DNA of 63,079 bases, filler included, from Choristocarpus tenellus KU-1152 (GCA_964200185.2; 9 parts of 9 records of this genome joined end to end with filler, not necessarily neighbours in it), one strand, 5' to 3'; shown: positions 24,070 to 37,418, numbered from the whole stretch's first letter. Numbers and translations are program-made. Notes: generated by a model not told the origin, from the sequence alone.

Positions 24070-27000
24070 CTCAGATGTCGCTCTAGCTCAAGAAGTTTCA
24101 ACCTCTGTTTCTGTATTCGATCATGCTGGGCCAGCACCACACCCTTGAGCACATCTATCATTTCTGTGTCTTGCTGTTCTTCAGCTCGATCCCCCCNNNN
24201 NNNNNNCTCTCCTTCGACCCAGCACTGGGTGGTGGATGGCAGGACCATTAGTCCTCTCCCATTCTGCTCTTGACAGCAATCCGGATCTACTCCAATGCCC
24301 ACGTCTCTTGTTGTGTCTATGCCTGCGCATTTTCCCATAGACCTCAGAGTTACCTTGATTTTGACTACAAGTTCGATATTGTTCCCTGCCTGGGTGGGTC
24401 CCACCCCCAGTTTGGAGCCCACCTACCCCTGCCTCTGCTGCTTCATGGCTGTACTCTGTCAAAGTACCCCTGCTGGAGTCTTGCTTATGTGGCAGTGATA
24501 AATACGCTGCTGCTGCCAGAGGGTTTGGTACTCTATTTGTGTGAGGATCAGTTGTGCTGGAGACATCTGTGACCTCCGGTCCAACTGGTTCCACTCCACA
24601 ACAAGTTGCAGATTTGCCATCAAGTGGTAATGTGTTGTGGGTTGAGGATGTGGGGCCTGATGAGGTGGGAAGGTCATGTTCCACCGGTAGGGAGACAGAG
24701 CTATTGGATGCATTGGATGCATTGCCCCTTGACTTGATCACCTCCCGCAACCTAATGACCTATGTTTTGTGGGTAATGTGAAGCTGACCTGTTGGTGTGA
24801 CTAGCAGTAAATCCGAACCCAAGACAAACAGGAATGTTTGTCGTCTTGCTTGGCAAGAGAAATCCTTGGACAGCATGATGATGAGATTTCCTTTGGTCTT
24901 CTTGTGCAATGGTGACTGAGATAACCAACAATGCTTCAGTGCAAAAAGTATAATCAATGATAACTGCTGTAATACAAAAACAAACTGCTGAGTGCTGTAC
25001 AGTTCAGTTGCACAACATCCTTTCAGGTGACCTTTTCTGTTTTTGTTTCCTCTTTCTTAGAGAGATGAGATGAGAAATGAGATAAGGTGTGCATCGCTTC
25101 GACTATGTACTTTGAAGTATTTTAACATGACAACTTCTTGCCTCCTTCTCAAACTCCGCTCCTGCAGCTACAGCCTCTGCCAAGGCTGTGGCAGATGTTG
25201 ATCTGCGTAAGTCCAACAGCTCCTCCTCCCTCCGAGCAAGGCTTGCTCTCAAGTCATCAATCTGTCAGTCACCCATGAAAAACAATGACCAGTTGTGGTT
25301 TGTCAAAATTTCTTATTTCACCATCACCATGAAATGGATTTTGTTTGAAAAAATGTAATGAAATCACATGCACAATCAAGGCATCTCCTTACATTAATGC
25401 ACCTCCTCCAGAGAATTGAGTAATTCCTAGTTGATAAAGTGTTGTCATTTTAAGTACCAAATCTCTGCACATTGGAAAGATACAGCCTTGTCATGTAGGT
25501 CTCTGATGCTTCACTGTTTCTATTCATCTGCAGGTATTGCACTTCTGAGGCATCTCGCCTGGTCATGGAGTCGTTTTACAACCAGAGTCTTCTCCAGTTC
25601 CTTCCTATGCTCCAAGACGATTAATCCGGGTTGTAAACCACCTCTGGGGAGTGAAGTACTATAGGTTGAGGGCTCCAACACAGGATGTGAACCCAATCCA
25701 TATCCAAAAGGAGCACTAAGCTAAACAAGACCAATTCGGAATACAGAACAGAGCACATGGACAATGTGTGTTGAATGTAGGCCAGACAACAAGGGATGAA
25801 TCTCGGTGTAAATAGCCTTCACAAGATATTAACATCATTGCCAATTCTGGGAGAACCAACTCTTTGGCCTTGATGCACATGCATGCGAGGTTTACAGCAT
25901 ATTGTGGGTTGTCATCTAGAGGTACTACAACCACCGACCTACACTTCAATATTAACTACAATAATTGTGTTTAGGGTTGAAGGCTTTCCATAGTTGTCGC
26001 AATGTATTTTTTCCTCAAATTAAGTCCTTTAAGCAAGTTCAATTTTGCTGAGGATTTGCCGTAGAAAAGATAATGCTCATACTGGAGGCTCATTATTCGA
26101 AGTAGGATTACATATTACAAATATAACTCAGTACAAAGCATGAACTTGTTCTGCTCTCAAAAATATTCAGAACAACAGGTGGTACAATTTTCTGCTCGGT
26201 TTTCCTGAGTTCGTCCAACACTGCAAACAACTCAGTAAACTTAAGAAGAGAAATGCCCTAGTGAACATCTCTCTATGCTGTACTACATTTTGAACAAGAG
26301 TACGTAGTGATGTGCACCTGAGTTGTATGTGCTAGAACAGCCTTGATGTGCAAATCTTGCTCTTTCATTTGTCGCTCCAACACCGCAACATGTTCCTGGA
26401 CCTTACTTGCCTCTTCTCGTTGGTTAGCGAGCTCTTCCCTACAGAACGGTTCGAGAATCAGCAATTGCACTACAGGGTTTATCGTTGCTGTGCAAAGGGT
26501 AAAAGGTAGACAAAATAACGAGGAAGAAGAACCACAGACAAGTTGTAGAAATTCGAAGGGTAGCTATTAGGAACACTCTCAGGTTTCCTGCTCGGATGAG
26601 AGGGACCTCAATCGTTGAGATGAAAATTAAGAGTACAAAAAGTCAAGGGTGGTTGGTGACTTGGTGAATACTCGAAGGATGATGATCCTCAGGCGATCTA
26701 TTCTTTCCGTTCGTGTATTCATCTTACTCTTCCATGTGATTTCTCCAGCAGTGTGTGCGGTAGCTATTTCTGGCAGCCCCCTGCAACTGCTACCTTTGTT
26801 TGCCATAGATCAATGGATTCTACCTTGCTGCAAGCGGAAATTCCTACCTCATCTTGCGAACGTCTCGTTCCTCCTCGTCTGCCCTTTCCGCCCTGGTCAT
26901 GTATGGCCACCCTGGTCCTCTTTTGGGGTTTTTCCAAGTTTCCCTAAATGGAACACCTATGCCTGCTATCCCTTCTGTTCCTTGTTCTATCTCAACGAAC

Positions 27001-27417
27001 GCTTCTCCAATCCCCATGCCCACATTCTTCTTCTCCATTGACAGTTTAGGATGGGGTTGTGCTCCTCCATCAACCTGTCTTTGTTGCGATCCCAAGGAAC
27101 GTCCACTCACTGACTGGGCAGATGATGGCCTAACCTTGAGTTGCCGCTTGGACTTTGACTTTGTCAGTAGATGAGACTGCTGCCTAAGCTGCGTGTGTAG
27201 AGGTGGTTTAGGGAGGGTGTGTGCGCGGTACACCACATGGCACACTATTCACCGTCGAAGGTGGATATGGCAACACAGCAATATTGCGAAGGAACGTCGA
27301 TGCGATCTATACACAGACAAGAAGGGCATCACTGATGATGCACCAGAATCCACCAATGTATACCTGCGAGATTCTTGATCCTTCTGCTGCATTCTTGCTC
27401 TGATTAGAATTAGCCAT
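24070..27417 (-). CDS. Hypothetical coiled-coil protein (spliced, 3' incomplete)
   Basis: Exons 27417-27364, 27188-26848, 26438-26318, 25261-25142 and 24759-24070 are phase-consistent; intron 4 has a GC donor and the last exon contains a 10-N gap. Heptad-rich segments include EELANQREEASKVQEHVAVLERQMKEQ, IDDLRASLARREEELLDLRR and HDRIQKQRLKLLELERHL. Confidence 0.65.
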
Positions 27418-29593
27418 TATTGTTGAAGAACTAGCATCTACAGCATGGGACGAAGATTGCTCACAGTTGCCCGGAAAGAATGCGAACCAAACTATAGGGT
27501 ACCCCACAACACATCAGAGTGCAATCCCAGAGAAATTGAAGAAGTGAAAATCGTCGCAGAGATCCCTCCTCTCCAATTGTTGATAATTTGGAAGGACAAA
27601 GGACGACGCGCGCGGCAACCCAAATCTCGAGTATTTAATCAAGTAACGAAGTAACGGATAAGTCGTGCGATTGATATGGTGAGTGTCCTGATTTTTTTTT
27701 CTCCTTCTCTATACCCCAATCAACCAATATACAAGAAGGTGCAGATAGAAAAGAGGTTCTTGAAGTTCAAAAGAGGAACTAGAAATATACACCTCGCCAA
27801 TAAGAATTATAATACTTCCATTACTACTATTTTCCAATTGATCTATAACATACGTTTAAAACAGAATGCATGTATTATAGGGCAACAAATCAGTATTAAT
27901 CATTCACAGTTATTTCTCACAGTAAAATATCTACGTGTCCATACCCAGACGTGGGGCTTACATACATCTAACAAAAAATGACATTATGACATTCTCTACT
28001 ATTTCCACCTCAACGATTGATCCCTACAAAAATCTCTTCAAACAAAACCCAGTTCAAACTTGGGTGTGAAAAGGAACTTTCAGGTCCGCAAGTAGTCAAG
28101 TTCTGAGACAGGAAAGAAATTGTAGAAACGAGTGCTCAGTATATATATACCTGATCTCTACATTTTCCATGCAATCTATTTTTGGTGTTTAGTAGTATGT
28201 GAAATACATAAATATATCTAGACCTACCCTGTCGTGGAATATCTTCCAATTTCACCTTCAGGTCACAAAGGATACCGGTGTGTCGTTTCCCGCAGAACTT
28301 AGTATGATTTTTCACAGTGGTATTATTGGTGGTCAGAAAATGTCCTAGCAAAAGCAGCCCCCACTCAGTGTCCTTGAATTATCTCCATGCCACTATCGTC
28401 CACAACCATGTCCCATCAATAGCAGTACTTGTAGAAAGAAATGAATCGTGGATATATTGATACTAAGCATAATTACAACTTTTTTGGTACAACTGAACTA
28501 TCGATTGGTTACTTCTGAAGTCAAGCGCGTCTTGAGTGGATCATCAGCGTATGAAAAGTGGGGTCACAGTTCCTAGATGGTTGCCAGGACAATATAGTCC
28601 AGACCCAATTCTCATTGTGCACGGGAGGTAGACTGTCATGACCTTGTTGCAAAAAAGCCTTGATTCAAGGTGGTTTCCCAATGTGCGGTGGTTTCCCAGA
28701 ACAGCATGCAAAGAGGTTTGCCATAGGGCAGCAAAAAGTTGGCACAAACTCTCTCTCTCTCTCTCTCTCTCTGATCTAGTCAGCAACACAACTAATCACA
28801 AGAAACGTAAAGTCATGCCAATGCCAATAGCAATAGTGACTAGAACAATACCTGAATCAATATATTTTAAACTTTGCTGAAATGATCAAATACGATTGTG
28901 ATGATGATGATCATTACAATTTTGATTTACAATACAAGTAATAATAAGGTTGAGCGGAAATTGAGGACATGTTAGTTACGCCAATATGAAAATAACCGCA
29001 CATCACACTCAGATAACAGGGCACATCCACCCTGCGACCTGCCCAGCCCATACAATGAAACTAGCACCAACTCAAGTGTGTGGATTAGACCGTATCATAT
29101 GTATTGCACTTGCCACGATCAAATATATAGTGCATGCATATTGCAGAATACTTCTGTTCAAGACTGCAGGATAAGCTCTGTACAAAGAGGAGAGAGTGCC
29201 ACAAGCCCCCCAAGTCCAGGACCCTAATATAGTGATGACATTCTGGTGGTATAAGAATAACTCCACGGTGAATTCTTCTCATGACACTAGCTAAACTGGC
29301 TACTAGACCCTTGCTTCTCAATACTGTGCTGTAGAGTAGAGCTCAATTGTTCCACACAGGAGTGTAGTCCCAACTTGGTTGATTTTTTGTCAATCAATGT
29401 AGATAAAATGAAATACAGTGGTACTAGAGAGATGTAAAGGCATGCACAGTGGAACATGATACCTAGCTTCCCATTCATTCCGAATTCTTACGAACCTACG
29501 TTGGAATATGAGTGCACAGCCATGATAGTTTATGTGTTCTTGTCCATTTCTTTTTCAACGATGACTCTCTTATTACTGCAACGGATTGCATAC

Positions 29594-30394
29594 CTGCCAG
29601 GGTTATGGCCTTTCTTTTTCTAACGGCTACATTCTCAGGTGAAGTCAACTTCGCTGCTGCCTCTGTACTTATTCTATGTGATTTTTTTGCACTGTCCTGA
29701 AGTGTAAGATGGTCCGGAGCCATCTACAATCAAACCACAGAAAATCAAATGCAAGAAAAAAATCGTTTTGCAATCAATCACTATGTAAAACGCTGCTCTA
29801 GAGCATGCCGCAGGAGGAGGTTGGACACAAGAAATCCTCACAACAAGGACAATTATACTCTAGATCCAGTTTAGAGAAAGGCATACAGCCCTGATCCTAA
29901 GGCAGGCATTGCAGAGCTTGTATCGGTGAGGTTGATCTCCGTGGAAGAGTGCTTCTTCTGGAAACTCTGCCTTGCCATCCCTCCCGCAACAGTACCCCTC
30001 ACACCACTTGGCTCTACCATTATCCTTGCTGAAGGTGATGGTGGTTCCTTCAAAGAGGCTGCCTGAGCAGCAGCCAAGCCATCCGCATTTCTCCATGGTT
30101 CGCTGGGGCCTGATGTTGCCAATTGTCTCCAGTGTGACAAGTACCTGAGTGAATTGTGGAATGGAGGATGCGAACAAGAAGAAAGTGTACTGTGTAGAAC
30201 TTGATTTCTAACATCTACTGTTTTGCCTACCCGTACACATGTGTCCTGATTGGACACATGTGGCATCCCTGTTGCAGATCTAGAAAAGTAAAGTTTTGAA
30301 AAGAACCAAGTAAAAGCTATCTGATCTCACAGACAAATCAACCAGAAAAATGTACGGTCGGTGCCTTACCTCAAATAGAAAGTTCAGTATCCAT
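29594..30394 (-). CDS. Hypothetical Cys-rich protein, internal exons only
   Basis: Candidate exons 30394-30370, 30144-29887 and 29723-29594 join in phase with GT-AG. The middle exon encodes CGWLGCC...WCEGYCC...YKLCNAC. Start and stop are not resolved. Confidence 0.35.
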
Positions 30395-30621
30395 CTAAAC
30401 TTTTTTTTTTGGCATCATAGTACATTCTAGTTTTTCTTGGGAGAGTCTGAGAGAGATTGGATATCAACATGTCAAGCAAACCATTACCATGAACTGCTCG
30501 CCCCATAATACACTACAAAGCAGGGTATAGATAAGGGTGCATGTGACTGAGAAAGTGGCTGCTCTCAGGTGATTGACATTGGTCCTTGAGCATTAGTTTT
30601 GTCAAGTAGAAGAGACAGACC

Positions 30622-30691
30622 CAAAGTATCTGGGGGGGGGGGGAGGGGGGCTAGTTACACCAGAGGGTCCATTTGGACAAAAACCGGGAAA
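30622..30691 (+). mobile_element. MITE family A, left half at contig end
   Basis: caaagtatctg-G(n)-ttacaccagagggtccatttggac. Confidence 0.8.
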
Positions 30692-30791
30692 NNNNNNNNN
30701 NNNNNNNNNNNNNNNNNNNNNNNNNNNNNNNNNNNTTAATTAATTAANNNNNNNNNNNNNNNNNNNNNNNNNNNNNNNNNNNNNNNNNNNN
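30692..30791. other. Artificial contig spacer
   Basis: N44-TTAATTAATTAA-N44. Confidence 0.97.
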
Positions 30792-30877
30792 CAACCAAAG
30801 ACCCCCAAAATTGACACATGAAAAAATTGACCCCAAATGAACAGCCGCCACCCTCCCCCCCCCCCCCAGATACTTTA
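30792..30877 (+). mobile_element. MITE family A, right half at contig start
   Basis: caaccaaa...aaaaaattgaccccaaatgaacagccgcc-C(n)-agatacttt. Confidence 0.8.
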
Positions 30878-31497
30878 AGCCACTTCAGACCGGTCATATT
30901 GCACATACGACGTCTAATGCCAAGCTAATGCTTTTTTGTGAATTTTCCAAAAACGTTCCATGCTGTTAGATGAGCACTACGCTGTCCAAAGTTTGAAAAT
31001 CTGAAATATTGCTGAGATTCTCATTTAAGATGTTAGTACATGTTACAGTCCCATACTTTGTACACTGCAGAAAAAATAATAATGTGCTCCAAATGTGAAT
31101 GACAACAAGAAGGGAAATATACGGTCTACTACTTCCCTGCAATCATGTTCATTAAAATTAGCCATTTAAAATATTACAATCAATACATTAAGATCTCAAA
31201 CTGTGAACCCCCCATCTCCTCCACCCTCTGGGCTGATTGATTACCACATCATTATTCACAAATTAACAGCAACAACATATCACTGGAAGCCTCAATAGAT
31301 CTCAAGTCAGGCTCTGATAAAAAAATAGTTTTTTTTTTGTGCAAGACAAGGAAGTGCGCAGAGAAGCTTGTAATCACAGAGTGGTGTCATAGTGAGTACT
31401 ACAGCTCAATTATTTTCCTGTCCCACTCAACAATTATGGAGGGGGTGAGGGGTGGGAGGGGTCTAATCCTGTCGAGAGGTACGGAGGTACAGGGTGT

Positions 31498-32741
31498 CTA
31501 CTCAAAAGACGTATCTGGTGGGATAGTCCGAAATCAAGAACAAACAGCAGAAGTAAGGCATACATAATTGAGTGGCAACAAGACAAAAAATATACAGAGT
31601 ACATATACAGCATGGACACTCACTCCAAACACTTGGAAATGACCACCCCTAACTCCTACTAAGCCAAAATTCCAGGTGTTGAGTAGTGGGTACCTCAAAA
31701 GGAACAGATGCATGCGTTTCTCCTATAACAAAACATATTGCTTAGCCTTTGCCCAATTCCAAAATGCATTTCATGGTATTGAGTACAGCAACCAAACAAA
31801 GCAATATCAACAAAATGTAGAAACAGCAAGATAGTGTTGAAATTGAAACCTCTTCAACAAAGAACTCTAACACCAACCCCAAAGCCTCCCATGCGACTCT
31901 GAGCACAGACCACGGCAATGTATGTTTGTGTACACAATTGAGGTCTCCCAGCATGATAACTACACATTGGACAGCTCACCCTCCTCAGTAGTTGCAGGAC
32001 TTTCCGTGGTTGGTGAGCCCTCCACTGTTGGTGAGGGTGTCTGCAAGACGAAGACATTGACAAATATTCCAAAACATAGGTAAAAAGAAAGAAACACAGA
32101 CCAGCAGACAGGAGGGGATGCACAAATGGAGAATGGGGCGAAGATGGTGGATGGTGCTGCAGTGAGGCGAGAAGGAGGGGGTAAAGCTGGCAGAGGGGTG
32201 ACAAGAGCGTGAACTACATTCAGCACCCACTTGTGCAGGCGAACATGCACACTAGAGCATATTGGGGGATGGAAAGACCCAAAGTATCTGAGGGGGGGGG
32301 GGGGGGGGTTACACCAGGGTGTCCATTTGGGACATAACCAGGAAATATCTGCTTACATTATCCATCCGATGTATGCAACCAAATATCACACAAAAATTGT
32401 GCAACGAAAAAATTGGCCCCAAATGGACAGCCGCCGCCCCCCCCAGATACTTTGACCCATAAGACTACATGGGTAACACAGGATACCATGAAGGGTGGTA
32501 CGGTTTTTAATTTGTCAGTAAGTCGATGCTAGGGGGGAACAACCATGAACGGAAATTGAAGTTATCTGTGAGGGAGAAGCTGAGGGCGGAACGGAGTGCC
32601 CACCAGTACAGGAGTAGAACTTGTCGGGGTAGGGGTGACATTGGTACCAACCGGGGAGGGGGTGGCATTAGGAGTCGCTGAAGGAGACAATGTTGATGCA
32701 GGGGCAGTGGTGTTCAGGACAGATGATGGAGCCGGTGTTCC
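31498..32741 (-). CDS. Ser/Thr/Pro-rich (mucin/AGP-like) protein, last three exons
   Basis: Exons 32741-32604 (GTPAPSSVLNTTAPASTLSPSATPNATPSP...), 32040-31980 (TPSPTVEGSPTTESPATTEE) and 31514-31498 (DTSFE*) join in phase with GT-AG and pyrimidine-rich acceptors. The first exon is not resolved. Confidence 0.55.
32280..32454 (+). mobile_element. MITE family A, complete copy (intronic)
   Basis: 175 bp with perfect 11-bp TIRs CAAAGTATCTG/CAGATACTTTG, internal poly-G/poly-C, and subterminal inverted motif GTCCATTTGG/CCAAATGGAC. Confidence 0.9.
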
Positions 32742-34091
32742 CTGGTCCGGCAAAGAGAACAGCACAAGGTGTCCAAATCGAGATCGGCATGGGTTCAGAA
32801 GAAAATATCTTTGAGAAAAAGTGATAAAAGAGAGGGCAAACAAAACATTTAGCCTCTTGAGCTCCGATACTCAATTTGGTTGTCACAAGAAACTTCCCCT
32901 GGTCTACACACAAAAGAGGTTATTTGCAAAGAGGCGGAGAGTGAGGGAGTACATCGTACTAAATAAGACAAAGCGCTCGCCACAAAATGGCAGCAGGCCT
33001 TCCTGTGCTACATGACTGTGGTACTATACTATAAAGAGTTGAAAGGGAGGATGGGGTGATTAACTGAAAGCTAGATATGATGCTGATGTGCTTGAGATTG
33101 ATATATTAGGACCAAAAGGGCTGAGCAATAGTCCTCCCTCCCCCAAAAAGCACTCAAAGAAAGACATGCACGCATCTTGTATTCTGAAAATACTAGGAAG
33201 ATACTCAAATCCGAAACCTGGACCAAATGTAGTCCTTGTGAGATATTTCTCCATGCAGGATTGTCCTGTGGGAGATTCATGCATGTGTCGAGCAACACTA
33301 GGAGCTGGGATACGACATCACATAAACTTGCAACTCCACTTGTATGCAGACTCAGTTCTCCCCTGCAAAGGACGGAAAGCAAAAATAACCACCATGAGAA
33401 GACCTTTGACTGCGCCAACAATCTCCACCATTTTCAACAGGAAAAAGAGATGTAGGTAGATCTCTGAGTCACGCAGTCATTCCCACTGTGGTCAAGAAGA
33501 TAACACGTGTCATTGAGTTCACATTCAAATCTTGGACGCCACAGTAATAGCTCAGATAGCAGCAACAACAGTCAGGATTGTTGCTACTCACAACTGATGT
33601 TCTGGTTTGTGGAGGTCACGAAGGAGTCACCCCAACATTACGCTATAAAAATTAAAATTAAGTAATTAAGAATGGTACTATCAGCACTAGGTTATAATTC
33701 AAAAGCAGTACAAGTAGGCACAGTAGGTTGTCTCTCATAGTGATGACAAAAAATGTGCCCAAAGTCACTTCTTCACACATACAGAGCGTCTCTTCCTCAA
33801 CAATGTGCGGCTGATTCTTTTTCTGCTTCTTGACTCGGCAATAGGGCCAAAGTAAATGAGCGGTACTCAGAATTGCATTGTAATGATGCCGACAGGCTTA
33901 TGCAAAGTTCGACCTTTTTATATGAATGAACAGTACTGGAACATTTCTGAATCGTGCCGAAAATTCTCAAGAAAGTAAAGAAATCAACACTCTCAAGTCA
34001 AACTTAGGAGTTTATCCATGGAAACATGGTTGAACCTCAAAAGATTGAAAAAACGGGTTAAAGCGAAATCGCCCAACCCCCCCCCCCCCCC

Positions 34092-34191
34092 NNNNNNNNN
34101 NNNNNNNNNNNNNNNNNNNNNNNNNNNNNNNNNNNTTAATTAATTAANNNNNNNNNNNNNNNNNNNNNNNNNNNNNNNNNNNNNNNNNNNN
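34092..34191. other. Artificial contig spacer
   Basis: N44-TTAATTAATTAA-N44. Confidence 0.97.
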
Positions 34192-34235
34192 CCCCTGGTG
34201 TAGCCCCCCCCCCCCCCCCCCCCCCAGATACTTTG
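34192..34235 (-). mobile_element. MITE family A, left end at contig start
   Basis: Reverse complement reads caaagtatctg-G(n)-ctacaccagggg. Confidence 0.8.
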
Positions 34236-34933
34236 AGCCATACTATATTGTATATTGTAATTCTGTTGGTTTTTGTTTTCTGGACTTGGTCACTCCTCAC
34301 TCCTTCCTTTTTTTAACCTTTTAAAATTTATCTAGCGCTGAAAAATATATAGTCTCTCTACAAATATGGATCCTTAGAAGTATATAATAGTGGAATTACT
34401 AATAATATACTTCATAGAAAAAATACTAGTACTTGATATAGACTGAGGCTTAGTCTTAACAGGGAGAGTGTTGAGACTATTATATTATATTTTACTGGGA
34501 CGGTCATACAAAATTGGAAGCCTAAATGCTCCAATACCCAATACACTTAGCTTGATGAAGAAAGAAAAATCGACAAATGAGAATGCTGAATCGATTGTCA
34601 TCCATTTTTTTTTTATGAATGTGACTTGGAACTAGTATATACCACTATGGTGTAGTGATTACATTTTTTTCCCTCATATTTGAGGTTGTGGCCTATTACC
34701 AAGTTTCATGTGTGTACATATATATATATTCATAGCTAGAGTACAGAAAAAAACCCCATAATATGTCAATATTCCGTTGAAAAAGGAGTCCAATGCAGTA
34801 AAATCGATTTTAAAAAAAACTTCTTGATTCTGGCGTTTTTTTATTTTATTTATTTTTATATATATATTTCATCTACTTGCACTTCAACTTCACCTATGAT
34901 TTGTCACCCTCTTAAAATACCATCCCTTGACAG

Positions 34934-35149
34934 AGGGCTTCTTTGGTGGATCTCCATATGCATGGACTGGAGATACTGGGGCTCCGGTGGTCTCCAGATG
35001 GAGAGGCGCTGATTGTACTTAGCAAGGACAAAATGTGTTGTTGTTTCTTTCCTGCGGGAGCTGAACCGCTTGGGGAGGGGAGGGGCGGAGAGGGGGGGGA
35101 GGGGGAGGGGGAGGTACACCCAGGAGACAAGGGAGAAGTGGAGAGGTAG
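34934..35149 (+). CDS. WRAP73: Terminal exon of a WD40 protein resembling WRAP73/WDR8
   Basis: After acceptor ttgacag, ASLVDLHMHGLEILGLRWSPDGEALIVLSKDKMCCCFF resembles the WRAP73 last blade (..[26 protein letters not shown]). It continues into a G/E-rich tail and TAG. Upstream exons are not in this contig. Confidence 0.55.
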   Translation, partial: RASLVDLHMHGLEILGLRWSPDGEALIVLSKDKMCCCFFPAGAEPLGEGRGGEGGEGEGEVHPGDKGEVER

Positions 35150-36895
35150 AAGATGTGGCATTTGCTTGGCAGTTACAAGTTGGTTACATGAGATTTATAG
35201 TATCTATGTTAGCCGACGCACGCAACCGAATCATCCAAAAATCGCGACATGGTTGTTGCCAAAGGTCTTATCTTTTGACCAATTCGGTAAAGGGCCTCTT
35301 ACTTTTAAAATATTTTGTTTTTGACACTATTATGTACTGAAATTAGGGAATAATAGTAAGGTATTACACTACAATGTAGTACTAATTATAATTATAATTA
35401 TAATCACAATATTGCTTTTTGTACCTCTAATTGTCTTTGAAGCGAACAAGTCATCCATGCTTGCATTCGCATACAGGCAAACACAATCATGCTTGAGTCT
35501 TTTTTCATTTTTTCAATATTTTTTGGAGGGTATGTAATGCGCTGACTCTATTTTCTTGTCCCACAAACACCAAACCACCCTCCTCCCACTACAGCCTGTG
35601 CCCACAGATCCCTCCCTTACAGTTCCTAGTTTTCCTCCCGCTCCATCATCTGTCATGAGATATTCCATGACAACATCATTGTGTGCATGATCTTCATCAC
35701 ACCATGGATATGGTTTTGTGTGACGGCATGGGGGCAATGTGTTCTTTCATTCGGCAGTGTCTACCACTGTATCATGATACACTTGGAAATGGGAATGAAT
35801 ATGGACATTATTTTTACAAAGAGAGAGTCAACGGCGATACTCTAAGTCTCCAATATGTGAAGAGCCACGTACCGCAACATTACTCTGTCTGGCTATCATC
35901 GATACTGCAATCAGGAAATCGTGATTGATATCGGAAGCACCCTTACAAGTCTCTACGGCAGGTGGGTCCCTTTCGAAATTTTTGGAGAGTGACGTCTTGT
36001 TCTCAGGCAGACCAGCTATTAAATACTTACCTTTCTCACAATGCATACCTGTGTGTAATCTGGAGTAGACACCAACACATGATATTCAGATGTGTGATCA
36101 TAGCTTTTTCCGAGGTGCTAATGCATAACTGGACTTATATGTGTGAGGAGGGACTGGCTCATTTGAAGAAAAAGGTGAAACCAATCGTGTAGAGTTCGGT
36201 TATTGTGGAAGAGGACACGATAAGTACAACTTTTTGAACCATAGAACGGAACCATCAGAAATTTGATTAATTGTTGGAATTTATACACGCTATTAGGACA
36301 CTTTCCGCGCTGTTGGACACATTTTTTCAAAGACTCCTGTAGAGTTTGAGGTGTTCAAGGTAAGCCCTAACGTGATGATTTTGCTGGCCAATCAGAATAC
36401 AGAAGTTTGTGGTTTGTGCTGACTGGAAATCGACCAGTCAGTTTACACTCCTGTTGGCGAGTAGTCTCATGTAAACAACTCATCATTCCATTTGAAGGCC
36501 ATATCACGTCCAAGTTGATATAATTTTTGAATTGTATTTCCCAATTCCCCTGGTATCTTCGGGAAAGGGTTGTTCCTAGCACGGATGGGATCTGTACATG
36601 TACATGTCCTAGCACTTGTAGCCCTCTTGCATTCTAAGCCATCTTTCTTTCCCGTACAATATGCTCTACTCCAGTGCTTTCTGAGCACAAAAAGGTACAC
36701 AAAATTGATACTCCCCCTTTAGATACGCAAAAATCGACGCCACAATTCCGTGAAGGGCTCTTTCTGAAATTGGAGAAAATGACACTTTCTTGTCCTTTCT
36801 CAGTAACCATAAAATGCAACCCTGCCGACCTCTCAGTTGGTTTCACTCTTGGGAACATACCAGATGAAGCCAGTAGCCAATGGCAAGGACTGCTA

Positions 36896-37067
36896 AAATG
36901 TATCTGGGAAGGGAGGGGGTCTACACCAGAGTGTCCATTCGTGCCCTCACTAGGAGAAGTGAACCTGCATTATCCATCCGACACATGCAACCAAATCACA
37001 CAAAATTTGTGACAAGATAAAATGGGCCCCAAATGCATAGCCGTCACCCCCCCCCCCAGATACTTTG
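36896..37067 (+). mobile_element. MITE family A, complete copy with degraded left TIR
   Basis: aaatgtatctggg...ctacaccagagtgtccatt...ccccaaatg...cagatactttg. Confidence 0.85.
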
Positions 37068-37195
37068 AGCCACTACAAAGCCATCCATGCCTGCTCTGGA
37101 CTGATTGGTACCACTCGCATGAATGTTTAGACAAAAGTGTAAAATTTCTATAGCACAACACTCTTTCAAGCTCAATTGTATTGTTGTTTGTGACC

Positions 37196-37252
37196 CAAAG
37201 TATCTGGGGGGGGGGGGAGGTTCTACACCAGAGAGTCCATTTGGACCAAAAC
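37196..37252 (+). mobile_element. MITE family A, left part at contig end
   Basis: caaagtatctg-G(n)-ttctacaccagagagtccatttggaccaaaac. Confidence 0.8.
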
Positions 37253-37352
37253 NNNNNNNNNNNNNNNNNNNNNNNNNNNNNNNNNNNNNNNNNNNNTTAA
37301 TTAATTAANNNNNNNNNNNNNNNNNNNNNNNNNNNNNNNNNNNNNNNNNNNN
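37253..37352. other. Artificial contig spacer
   Basis: N44-TTAATTAATTAA-N44. Confidence 0.97.
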
Positions 37353-37385
37353 TCTATTGAAACACAAGAAGCGTAAGGTAGTCGC

Positions 37386-37418
<33 letters not shown>

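Noticed and set aside
29871-30266. 131-aa ORF as the coding frame
   Set aside because: It does not join the downstream exon in phase, whereas the overlapping Cys-rich frame does.
30622-30877. One MITE spanning the spacer as proof that the contigs are adjacent
   Set aside because: The halves are compatible (~30 bp missing), but most contig ends break in this family, so coincidence cannot be excluded.
35513-36860. Decayed coding-like sequence on the minus strand
   Set aside because: It has many stops and no motif I can recognise, so it cannot be assigned without a search.
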